From NCBI GenBank assembly GCA_028279405.1, contig JANQNU010000026.1:10985-74984 (forward strand): a DNA stretch of 64,000 nucleotides. Reading direction: 5' to 3'. The notes beneath the pieces were generated by a model. It worked only from the letters and a program-made list of their open reading frames with translations. It did not search any database and had not been told where the DNA came from. Positions 55,301 to 62,988 of this stretch are shown in pieces (position 1 is the first letter of the stretch; every line of letters starts with the position of its first letter). The DNA is from Phycisphaerae bacterium. GTDB lineage: Bacteria > Planctomycetota > Phycisphaerae > UBA1845 > Fen-1342. The position numbers and the translations under genes were made by a program.

Positions 55301-55428
55301 GCCCCCCACGGACCGTAAGTCCGCTGCAGGGAATTCAAGACCTGATGATCCCCCTCGTGAGCATTAACGCGGAGCGGTGCCCAGGCCATCCCCAGCACGC
55401 CCACCCACAACACAACCGAGCGCTTCAT
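52360..55428 (-). CDS. large secreted multidomain protein: Amidase_3-like (N-acetylmuramoyl-L-alanine amidase-like) motifs split by a beta-rich insert, an FN3-like domain and a dockerin-like acidic C-terminus
   Basis: Signal peptide MKRSVVLWVGVLGMAWAPLRVNA, with GGAGGA upstream. VYVSGGHG, FHTNAAGNARG and ELAFHDQ resemble Amidase_3 motifs. The insert (VSYSGAWGDSGN...GNGWVWLGEYYF) resembles what I recall being labelled a golvesin C-terminal-like domain. FN3-like: LRVEDLGGGDVRLSWEA...YYRVAATNAGGES. C-terminal DSDSDGDVDFDDV...DDDDDNDVDLQDM. Confidence 0.65.
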   Translation of the reverse strand: MKRSVVLWVGVLGMAWAPLRVNAHEGDHQVLNSLQRTYGPWGARVPVPDTRATIEEMVEHGSTLLSESHRPLLPAEMTVDSAIWRDQLLQLRLTLPEQHTWQPSPVDLESLGTLLMYPWRGRDDFAGITVEVREGVTGDYRNWSTFMETAPPTGSASEPVDVVDPARMVTHPPRVTNSIGGPTTHGRQPQGPLSGVTVYVSGGHGWTAGTSSWFLQRPLLLGMNEDYGNIDMMNYFVHFLFNAGATVVPFRPVGWQPIEITIDQDDPQVSYSGAWGDSGNTKRYENGVTNSGVAYRFASTNPTETATARYTAAIPTTDFYPVYCFTIASTNRVPQTYRISHSGGISEVVVDHREVGNGWVWLGEYYFEAGGDNYVEISNASPIGGVVVADGIRFGGGIGDVVRPGPGDVSGFPRDEEGQRYFAESELGNNAAGFDSGIWDLVGFNDNSDNVGAAARWAREMNQVPAGGVLVDRWKRIHLEFHTNAAGNARGQLCLITNTGATTNQSSYATILADEIDADLLLLQDEFEHNWVDRALPTLTSGFGAISTGNNSNEFDATIVELAFHDQEDDAELLRDARVRQAMARACTHGIIRFLNTLPGSQVDLLFAPDTPRGLRVEDLGGGDVRLSWEAPLADAARGDPATGYVVYQSSNGYGFGDPIVLGNVTTTTLNGVPTGETRYYRVAATNAGGESMPTEVLAVRRPATGTAALLVVNGFDRLRRQINEIMTFTQPPSVAGQSIERQKWRSSNSYDYIVQYADALAANDVGFMSASNEAVEGGVVALGDFPMVVWVLGTESTEDATFSSTEQTRVDDYLQAGGALFVSGADIGFDLLGNGTGVTFANQTLRINFVADEADTFDVAPAPGGFLADLPPFDFDPDNGAVYEVRNADRIGESTDAQPLLNYVGGAGGVAGVQFSGKVYNAVTFGFPFEAISDAGVRADVMQRVIEFLETATGPLDFDSDSDGDVDFDDVRTWAFCFRGDEFTFPDGTLCLDFDDDDDNDVDLQDMHAMQRAYTGSLPLP

Positions 55429-55749
55429 TCGTTCGTTCCTCCAGCGGACACCGCCTCAATTTATCGGACGAGGCGGCGGTCACGCGGCTTAGCATCCTGA
55501 CGATCCTTCAGTGTACGCTGCCGGCGCAGCGCGATTCAAGCAGCTTTTGGTTGCCCGACGAGCGAAAGCGGACCGCTGATCGGCTACGCGAACCACGCGT
55601 CGGAAATCGGCGTCACCGAGGGCCCGCCAGAAGCATCGGAAAGGGTGTTACGACGCGTCGTCTGGATCGGGAATGAGGACCCAGCAATCAGGAAGCCAGG
55701 AGGCCGTAACAGTGGTCCCGGGTTTCCCCGTACGCAAAGGAGCTATGTC

Positions 55750-56280
55750 ATGGCGCGACTCAGTACGATCGATCCGGCCGCGAGCACCGGGCGTGTGAAG
55801 GAAATCTTCGAGGGACCGTTGAAGGGGAAGCACTTCAACATCTTCAAGGGACTCGCGAATTCGTCCGCGGCGCTAGATGCCTATCTAGGGCTTGCCGGAG
55901 CACTTGGAAAGGGGCTACTGTCCGGTAAAGAGCGCGAGACGATCCAACTCGCAGTCGGCCAGGCCAACGAGTGCGATTATTGCCTGGCGGCCCACACGGT
56001 CATTGGTAAGCAGATGGGCCTTTCCGAAGCGGAAACCGTCGCGGTTCGAAACGGTAATCCGGCCGATGGCAAGCTGGCTGCGCTAACGCGATTCTCGCTG
56101 GCGCTCCGGGAGAAGCGCGGACATGTGAGCGATGCCGACGTGCAGGCGCTACGGGATGCAGGCTATACGGACGGCCATATCGCGGAGGCAGTGGCCAACT
56201 TCGCGCTCGCGACGTTTACCAACTACTTCAACCACCTGAACGAGACCGAGGTCGACTTCCCGTCACCCCCGGCACTATGA
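55750..56280 (+). CDS. carboxymuconolactone decarboxylase / AhpD-like family protein
   Basis: I trimmed the start to the ATG at 55750, which has AAGGAG upstream. KERETIQLAVGQANECDYCLAAHT carries the CxxC of the AhpD-like core. Confidence 0.85.
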   Translation: MARLSTIDPAASTGRVKEIFEGPLKGKHFNIFKGLANSSAALDAYLGLAGALGKGLLSGKERETIQLAVGQANECDYCLAAHTVIGKQMGLSEAETVAVRNGNPADGKLAALTRFSLALREKRGHVSDADVQALRDAGYTDGHIAEAVANFALATFTNYFNHLNETEVDFPSPPAL

Positions 56281-56378
56281 CTTGAAAAAAGCAAGGACGG
56301 CGCCGTGCGGTCGTGCTGCCCCCTCCCTACACGGCCCCGCGCGCCGTCGCCCCAGCGGCGTGCCCCCGACTCGACCAA

Positions 56379-56945
56379 TCACACTTCCATGATGTCTTTG
56401 GTCTTCTCGGCGACGAGCTGGTCGATCTGCTTGCAGAAGTCGTCCGTTTGCTTCTGAATGTCATCCTGGCCGCGCTTCGATTCGTCTTCCGTGATAGCCT
56501 TGTTCTTCTCTTCGCCCTCGAGCGCCTTGTTACCATCCCGACGCAGATTGCGAACGGCTACCTTCTGCGCCTCACCGAGTTGTTTGACGCGCTGCACGAG
56601 CTGGTTTCGTCGTTCGGTCGAAAGCGGCGGAACGGGCAGACGCACCACCTTGCCGTCGTTCTGCGGGTTGATACCCAGCTCGCTCTTTTCGATCGCGCGC
56701 GCGATGTCCTTGAGCGTCGTGGGATCGTAGGGCTTGACGATAATCACGTTGCCATCCGCGACCGCCAGGTTGGCCAACTCCTTCAGCGACATGCTCGAGC
56801 CGTAGCTCTCGACGTCGACCCGCAGGCCATCGACCAGCCCCGTCGTGGCCCGGCCCGTTCGGACCGACCGCAGCTCGTGCCGCAGGAACTCCGTCGCTTT
56901 CTCCATCTCCGCTTTCGTCTTCTTCAAAATGCCATCCGCCGCCAT
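56379..56945 (-). CDS. frr: ribosome recycling factor
   Basis: I trimmed the start to the ATG at 56945 (188 aa), which has AGGAG upstream. LRSVRTGRATTGLVDGLRVDVESYGS, LPVPPLSTERR, AVRNLRRD. The track ORF extends into the repeat cluster. Confidence 0.95.
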   Translation of the reverse strand: MAADGILKKTKAEMEKATEFLRHELRSVRTGRATTGLVDGLRVDVESYGSSMSLKELANLAVADGNVIIVKPYDPTTLKDIARAIEKSELGINPQNDGKVVRLPVPPLSTERRNQLVQRVKQLGEAQKVAVRNLRRDGNKALEGEEKNKAITEDESKRGQDDIQKQTDDFCKQIDQLVAEKTKDIMEV

Positions 56946-57000
56946 GGCGCGTACTCCTGTGGGGTCACCTTCAATACCGGATTGATGCGCTGAGAATAGC

Positions 57001-57530
57001 GGTCGGCCGCAGGGCCAGCAAGCGGCGCCAACGACGGGCGAGACGTCCACCCTAACCTCGCGTTTTCGAGGCGGACCTTGGGCCAGGTGCCCCAGGGTTC
57101 TACCCTTGGGGACACATTTCCGTGCTGGCCGAAAACGCGTCCCCCCATGCGAGCGGGGTGGGGCACACGGCGGTGAGTACGAGCCCGGAAGCGCGAGATC
57201 CATCCCCCACCCCAAGATGGGGTGGGGCACCCTTGCATGCAAATCCCCCCACACTGGCGGACAAGCCGCCAGTGCCACCCAAACCGGTCACTTACGCTCC
57301 CGGCTCGCATTGGCGCGCCCCGGCTTCGCATGAACGAGCCCCGAGCGCGAGCGAGGGGGGAGCAAGCTCCCTTGATGAGGCCTGCGTCTACGCCGCGGGC
57401 CCCGGCGCGAACCAGATGCCTAACACAACGAGCCCCGAGCGCGAGCGAGGGGTTCAAGGTGCGCGAGGTCGCTGAGGCCCGTCGTTTGCGCTCCGGGCTC
57501 GTTGGCGGGTAAGACGCCCCGCCACTGTCT
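57001..57530. repeat. mosaic GC-rich hairpin repeat cluster (locus 4), the largest one
   Basis: A chain of stem-loops: CCTCG-cgtttt-CGAGG (57056-57071), the imperfect 57086-57115, CCCCACCCC-aagat-GGGGTGGGG (57205-57227), CACTGGCGG-acaag-CCGCCAGTG (57252-57274), GGGAGC-aa-GCTCCC (57358-57371), and GGCCTGCG-tctacgc-CGCGGGCC (57379-57401). There are two copies of gagccccgagcgcgagcgagggg (57336-57358 and 57430-57452). Confidence 0.8.
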
Positions 57531-57631
57531 GCACTTTCCGACATTCGCAAGTCGCCGATCGCTTGCCTACGATAAACGGCTGCGGCATTCGTTCTGGTAC
57601 TCTTGGGGACCTTTCTGCTTAGGAGACGCAG

Positions 57632-58975
57632 ATGAGAGGATCGCTCCGCAGAAGCGGTTTCGTACTCCTGCTGCTGGCCGCCGTGGGGGTGGCCCACGGT
57701 CAGACGGACGCTGAGAAACGAGCCCGCCGACGCACGCCGGTGGTTGAGGTATTCGAGCGCTGTCGGGATGCGGTCGTCAATATTAGTACGACGCGTGTCG
57801 TCCAGTTGCGCAGTCCGTTCCGCGCGCTCGACGACATCTTCGATTTCGGACGGCCCCGCACGCGCAACCGTCGCGTCGAAAGCGTGGGGTCGGGCGTCGT
57901 GATTCACGGCGACGGATACATCGTCACCAACGCGCATGTGGTCGCGCGCGCTTCGGACGTGCAGATCGCCTTCGCCGACAATCGCGAGCTGCCCGCCGAA
58001 GTCGTCGCGATTGACTCCGAGCACGACTTGGCGGTGCTGCGGATCGTGACGCCGGGGAAACTGGCAACGGTTCCGCTCGGGCGGAGCGACGACCTGATGA
58101 TTGGCGAGACCGTGATCGCAATCGGCAACCCGCTCGGCCTGCAGCATAGCGTCACCGCCGGTATCGTTAGTGCGGTGGGGCGCGATCTGGTGTTCAGCGC
58201 CGACACCGTTTACAGCGGCCTGATCCAGACGGATGCGCCGATCAACCCCGGCAACTCCGGCGGACCTCTGCTCAACATCAACGGCGAGTTGATCGGCATC
58301 AACTCGGCCATTCGCGGCGACGCGCAGAATATCGGCTTCGCGATCCCCGTCGATCGACTGTGGGAGTTGCTGCCGCGGATGCTCGACATCGAGCAGCGGC
58401 AGCGCGTCCGCCTCGGGCTGGAGGTGAGCGGTCCGGCGGCGGAGGTCACGCGTGTGGCCGGCGGCAGCCCTGCCGATCGGGCCGGCGTGCGCGTCGGCGA
58501 CCACGTCTCGCGGATCGACGGACACCGCGCAACCAGCAGTATCGACTACTACGTCCACCTCCTGCGCCACAAGCCCGGCGACCGGGTTAAGCTCCAGGTT
58601 CGGCGCGGCGAAACGACAATCGCCGCCGACATCCCGCTCGAAGCGATTCCGATGCCTGACGGACGGCAACTTGCGCAACGCCGACTGGGTCTCAAGCTGA
58701 TCGAAGTGCCCGAAGACCTGTTGCGGAAACACCGCATCCCCGCCTATGCCCGGCTGATGATCGAGGAGGTACGTTCGAACTCGTTCGCCGAGCGCGCCCG
58801 ACTCGAGAAAGGAGACTTCATCGTCGCGCTCGAGCGTGTGCCGGTGAATACCCTGGATGACGTCGGGCTCGTTCTCGAGCAGATCGAACCGGGCAGTTCC
58901 GTCACAGTCAGCGGCTTGAGCTGGCTGACCGCCTCGCCGTATCGCTGGACGGCCGAGATTCCAACAACCCGTTGA
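57632..58975 (+). CDS. htrA: HtrA/DegP-family periplasmic serine protease with PDZ domains
   Basis: AGGAGA upstream. Signal peptide. Triad contexts IVTNAHVV, HDLAVLRI, GNSGGPLLN. PDZ-like GLEVSGPAAEVTRVAGGSPADRAGVRVGD, and a second PDZ-like segment. Confidence 0.9.
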   Translation: MRGSLRRSGFVLLLLAAVGVAHGQTDAEKRARRRTPVVEVFERCRDAVVNISTTRVVQLRSPFRALDDIFDFGRPRTRNRRVESVGSGVVIHGDGYIVTNAHVVARASDVQIAFADNRELPAEVVAIDSEHDLAVLRIVTPGKLATVPLGRSDDLMIGETVIAIGNPLGLQHSVTAGIVSAVGRDLVFSADTVYSGLIQTDAPINPGNSGGPLLNINGELIGINSAIRGDAQNIGFAIPVDRLWELLPRMLDIEQRQRVRLGLEVSGPAAEVTRVAGGSPADRAGVRVGDHVSRIDGHRATSSIDYYVHLLRHKPGDRVKLQVRRGETTIAADIPLEAIPMPDGRQLAQRRLGLKLIEVPEDLLRKHRIPAYARLMIEEVRSNSFAERARLEKGDFIVALERVPVNTLDDVGLVLEQIEPGSSVTVSGLSWLTASPYRWTAEIPTTR

Positions 58976-59062
58976 CGCCGCCGGATCGTCCGGGCGCAAC
59001 ATATCGATGCGTGTGCGTTTCCCCTTGGCACTGGTGCGCGATGCTGCGCGGATAGGGACGGT

Positions 59063-60307
59063 TCAACCGGCCTCGGGTGGGCTCTCCTGGCCCGTGAGTG
59101 CTTCGAGGTTGCGAACGAGTTCGCGCAGGAACGGTTCGGCGTCGGTGACGATGCCGACGGTCTGGGTCGGTCCGCGTTCGCGGATTTTCTCGAGGACGAT
59201 CGGGTTGATGTCCACGCAGGCGACCGGAACCGAGGCGGGCACGAGGTAGCCGCACGCGACGCCGAGCGTGCTGCTGGCGACAGTCGCGAGGAACCCAACG
59301 TTGCGCACGCGCTTGCGGATCTCGCACTGCGCCTCGATTGAGTCGGTGATGGTCTCGGCGAAGAACCCGTCGTCGTCAACATCGCCGACCAGCAGGTAGT
59401 CGACGTCGTGCGTGACACAGGCGTGGAGGATTCCGCCGTTCAGAATGCCTTGTTCGACAGCGGCGCGAATGCCGCCGGCACGACGGATCTCGTTTATCGC
59501 GCGCACGGGGTGCTCGTGGCCAGTGTCGGCCAGCGTGGCGCGCTCCATGTAGACGCCGCGGCTGGTGCCGAAGAGATCGACCTCGATATCGTGGATCGCG
59601 AGCGCGTTGCCGGCAACCAGTTTGCTCAGCAGGCCCAACTCAACCAGCCGAACGATATGGCGGGCGCTGTCGGTGTGGACGATCGCGGGTCCGCCGACCA
59701 GCATCATTTGCGCGCCACGGTCGCGAGCAGCGAGGATCTCGAGCGCACATTGGCGGATTATCGCGCTCTTGGGCCGCTCCATCGAGACTTCCTCGGCCAT
59801 GAACTGAAACGTGCCCTTCTGCAGCAGCCGATCGATCGACTCGATCTTGATCCCGCGGTAACCGCAGACAATCTGGTCCCCTTTCCGCACGCCCTCGATC
59901 GGCACGCATCGAAAGCCGTCGGATGGATCCTGTCGGATCCCGCAGCCGAGCTCCTGGTCGCGCACTTCGACCCACTGCCCTTGGTGTCGCACGAACGTCG
60001 GCTGGTTCGTTGTCGGATAGAACTCGGCGGGAAACGTGCCGTCGAGGTCGGCCGGTGCCAGCACCGCGTCCTCCTCTTCTACCACGAGTGCGCCATGGCG
60101 AGAGATTTGCGCGAGGATCTTAGTGAGCTGCTCGGCTGACTGGGCGTGGACCTCGATGCGCGCATGACTGCGGTCCAGACGCCGCTGACCGATGTGTACT
60201 TCGAGGATCTCGAAATCGCCTTCGTACGCGATAATGTCGTCCATCACCTCGGACAGGGCGCGCGAATCGACGATGTGGCCTTCCAGCGTAATTACTTCAC
60301 TGACCAT
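59063..60307 (-). CDS. LOR/SDH-N-terminal plus deoxyhypusine-synthase-like two-domain protein (TIGR00300-like; ornithine cyclodeaminase-type candidates)
   Basis: I trimmed the start to the ATG at 60307 (MVSEVITLEGHIVDSRALSEVMDDII). The layout, and LVGGPAIVHTDSARH...LVAGNALAIHD...GHEHPVRAINEIR, match my recollection of this family. Confidence 0.65.
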   Translation of the reverse strand: MVSEVITLEGHIVDSRALSEVMDDIIAYEGDFEILEVHIGQRRLDRSHARIEVHAQSAEQLTKILAQISRHGALVVEEEDAVLAPADLDGTFPAEFYPTTNQPTFVRHQGQWVEVRDQELGCGIRQDPSDGFRCVPIEGVRKGDQIVCGYRGIKIESIDRLLQKGTFQFMAEEVSMERPKSAIIRQCALEILAARDRGAQMMLVGGPAIVHTDSARHIVRLVELGLLSKLVAGNALAIHDIEVDLFGTSRGVYMERATLADTGHEHPVRAINEIRRAGGIRAAVEQGILNGGILHACVTHDVDYLLVGDVDDDGFFAETITDSIEAQCEIRKRVRNVGFLATVASSTLGVACGYLVPASVPVACVDINPIVLEKIRERGPTQTVGIVTDAEPFLRELVRNLEALTGQESPPEAG

Positions 60308-60498
60308 GGTGGCTCCGAAGCAAGGGATCGGGTCGCGATAGCAGCTCGTCGGAATTCCACGATACCCGACCGTTGAGTCGTTGCGACGCCGGGCACGGGC
60401 AATGTTTCGAAGATTCGGCAAGCCGTTGCGTGTCGCCCTTCCGTCGCCAGGGTGCAAATCCTGTCGCGAACGGAGGCGATTTCGGCTATCACAACCGC

Positions 60499-62283
60499 AT
60501 GAACAAGATCTGGGTACCCGATCCGTTGCCTCCTGTCGACGCCCGACGCGGGCCGTTTCAGGGTCAGCGTGCCGTTCTCGTCACGTGCTTCCGCTGCTTC
60601 GTGTTGGCGACCATTACACTGTTACTCGGCTGCGCGGAGGGCGGACCGCAGGTCTGGACACCGACGGAGATTCGAGCGGCCCAGCGTCAGTCATACCCGG
60701 ACGCTGCCGGCAACCGCTTCGTCGCGCTGGCGGACTTCGAGCAGGATGCACCGCTGACGGCGTTCTCGGTAAGCGAGAGCGAATCTGAGGAAGCCAGCGT
60801 GCCGGCGCGCCGTGACCGCTCCCGATATCGACACGAGACGGGTCGTGCATCAATGCGCGTGGACGCACCCAATGTGGCACACCCCTTGGTACTGGATTTG
60901 GGCACATTGGCGCCTTCTGCCCGCGATTGGAGCGATTACACGTTGCTGCTGTTCAGCGCTGATGTGGCGTCGCCGGGCCCGGATGCGCGCTTGACGGTTC
61001 ACGTTCTTTCTGAGGACGACCGCGGACCGGGTTGGGAGCGTACGTTCGTGTTGCACCGACCGTGGCAGACAGTGCGCGTCGATCTTGCGGAGGTGGGTAA
61101 CGCGGTGGACTTAAAGAATGTCTCCGCGATCCGGTGGTGGCTGGAACCGCCGAACGATGCATTGCGGCTCAATCTGGATGACCTGCTACTGATCGACGAC
61201 ACGCGTTGGATCGTCGGCCCGAGCACGACGGACGGTCATTTGTCTGTGTCGGTCCGCGGCGGTCGGCTGCATGTGGCGTCGCGCGACCGGTTTGAGCTGA
61301 CGTTTGCGGATGGCGTGCTGGAGCGCGTGTCGGCGATTCTGCCGACGAGCATCGCGGCGCCGCAGGGCCTGGGTCCGTGGCTATTGCCGGCGGATGCCAA
61401 CCGACTCGGGGATACGGACTTCGTGGTGGCCTGCGATGATCCCGAGATTTTTGCGTCCTGGGGGCGCGCCGTCCGCAGCAGCCAACGGCTGGTCGAGCAC
61501 TCGACCGCTCGGGTAGTGGTCGACGGCGAATGGGAGTTCATCTCATCCGACACCGATCGGCGCGGTCCGCGTCTAATCTGGCGCTATACGGTGTACCCGA
61601 ACGGGAACGTCTTTTGTCGGCTTCTCGCGGATCCGGCCGACAACTGGCCCGCGTCCGCGTCGGGCGTCGGGCTGACGTATAACGGACGAATCCCCTGGAC
61701 GGTCGAGTCGTTGCCGCGAGAGGTGGCGCGGGCTGCGATTCTCCGGCGAACTGAGTCTGAAACGGTGCTGTGGGCGACGGAACCCGCTACGACCCGCCCG
61801 CGTCTGTATGATTGGATCTCCGCCGATCGCAACGCTGGCTGTTTGTTTTACGTACAGGAGCCGTTGGACGCGCTCGATAGCGTGCATTATTTGCGCATCG
61901 GGCCGAGTGGCCCCAGCGGCGATCACGCGATGGTTCAGTCCTGGCTGGACCCGCTTTCGATCACATGCAGCAGCGGTCGGGTCCGTGGCGACCAGCCCGG
62001 CGACCGCAATCACGACGGGTTCAACGAAAGCGAAGGCTGCTACGAACTGGAAATGACCGATCACGTCCTTCGTGCCGAATTGGGGCCCATCGCGCCGGCG
62101 TACGACCACGTGGTCCTGCGAATCCACGGCGCACGACCGAACGAGCGGGTCACTGCGGCTTTATCCGGACGTTTACTGGGAACCGATGCCCGCGACGCGA
62201 ACGGAAATCTGCTACTGACGCTACCGGAAACGCTTCGCTCGCCGAAAGTATTGGAGGTCTTTCGCAATCCGCGCCGGCGCTGA
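60499..62283 (+). CDS. hypothetical lipoprotein with a carbohydrate-binding-module-like N-domain
   Basis: I trimmed the start to the ATG at 60499. Lipobox TLLLGCAEG. WSDYTLLLFSADV...WQTVRVDLAEVGNAVDLKNVSAIRWWLE...LNLDDLLLID resembles CBM11/CIA30-like jelly rolls by eye. I did not recognise the rest. Confidence 0.5.
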   Translation: MNKIWVPDPLPPVDARRGPFQGQRAVLVTCFRCFVLATITLLLGCAEGGPQVWTPTEIRAAQRQSYPDAAGNRFVALADFEQDAPLTAFSVSESESEEASVPARRDRSRYRHETGRASMRVDAPNVAHPLVLDLGTLAPSARDWSDYTLLLFSADVASPGPDARLTVHVLSEDDRGPGWERTFVLHRPWQTVRVDLAEVGNAVDLKNVSAIRWWLEPPNDALRLNLDDLLLIDDTRWIVGPSTTDGHLSVSVRGGRLHVASRDRFELTFADGVLERVSAILPTSIAAPQGLGPWLLPADANRLGDTDFVVACDDPEIFASWGRAVRSSQRLVEHSTARVVVDGEWEFISSDTDRRGPRLIWRYTVYPNGNVFCRLLADPADNWPASASGVGLTYNGRIPWTVESLPREVARAAILRRTESETVLWATEPATTRPRLYDWISADRNAGCLFYVQEPLDALDSVHYLRIGPSGPSGDHAMVQSWLDPLSITCSSGRVRGDQPGDRNHDGFNESEGCYELEMTDHVLRAELGPIAPAYDHVVLRIHGARPNERVTAALSGRLLGTDARDANGNLLLTLPETLRSPKVLEVFRNPRRR

Positions 62284-62425
62284 ATCGGGCCGTAGTCCGG
62301 CACGGCATCCCATTCGCCGGGACGAAAGGGACTAATTGTGCGCGGCTCCGAAACGCGAGTGTTTCGGGTGCGCTTTCGAGCGCGTCGACGCTACACTGGA
62401 CCGGGTCGCGTGGTTGGCGCGATTC

Positions 62426-62454
62426 TTGACGGCAAATTCGGCCCGCGCTACGAT
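62426..62454 (+). promoter_or_regulatory. sigma-70-like promoter candidate for mcsA-mcsB
   Basis: TTGACG (62426-62431), a 17-nt spacer, then TACGAT (62449-62454), 37 nt upstream of the mcsA ATG. Confidence 0.4.
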
Positions 62455-62490
62455 CTCTGGCGCGACTGAGTCCGTAAGCGGAGTGTTTTC

Positions 62491-62988
62491 ATGGGGTTGT
62501 GCGAGCGCTGCGAGAAAGCGCAAGCGACCTTTCACTTGACCAACATCCACCCGTCCGGGGAGAAGTCCGAACGGCACCTGTGTGAGCGTTGCGCGGTCGA
62601 GGAAGGGTTTCTTTCCCAACACAAACCATCGATCAACGTGAACGAGTACATCGAGACGTTTCTGACGACCACGAAGGCATCCAAGGCCGCTGTCCACCTG
62701 GTTTGTGACGAGTGCGGGCTGAGCTTTGTGGAGTTTCGAAATCAGGGTCTGCTCGGATGTGCCCATGACTATGACGCCTTTCGCGAGGAGCTTGTGAAGC
62801 TGCTGCAGCGTGCTCACGATGGCGCCACGCATCATGTCGGCAAGGCGCCGCGATCGCTGGGGGTGACCCGGACCACGCAGCAGGATATCCAGAAGCTCAA
62901 GAAGCAACTCGACGACGCTATCGCCGGCGAGGATTACGAGCGCGCCGCGCAACTACGCGATCGCATTCGCGTTCTGGAGGGGGAATGA
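62491..62988 (+). CDS. mcsA: McsA-like protein (paired CxxC zinc fingers plus UVR motif), activator of protein arginine kinase
   Basis: CERCE...CERCA and CDECG...GCAHDY cysteine pairs. C-terminal UVR-like DDAIAGEDYERAAQLRDRIRVLE. The stop overlaps the mcsB start (ATGA). Confidence 0.8.
   Translation: MGLCERCEKAQATFHLTNIHPSGEKSERHLCERCAVEEGFLSQHKPSINVNEYIETFLTTTKASKAAVHLVCDECGLSFVEFRNQGLLGCAHDYDAFREELVKLLQRAHDGATHHVGKAPRSLGVTRTTQQDIQKLKKQLDDAIAGEDYERAAQLRDRIRVLEGE

Noticed and set aside
57086-57115. tRNA-like appearance of ccccagggttctacccttgggg (and its inverted copy at 21071-21100)
   Set aside because: It has only a 5-nt loop. There are no D-arm, anticodon-arm or acceptor-stem partners and no flanking cloverleaf. 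It is one hairpin module of the repeat family.
56924-59002. 692-aa minus-strand ORF spanning the repeat cluster and the antisense of the HtrA-type gene
   Set aside because: It runs through non-coding hairpin repeats and is antisense to a gene with a complete Ser-protease triad and PDZ motifs. It has no motifs of its own.
62284-62490. CtsR operator (tandem GGTCAAA heptads) or CIRCE element upstream of mcsA
   Set aside because: Neither motif is present when I read both strands. Only an unrelated 7-bp inverted repeat is seen.
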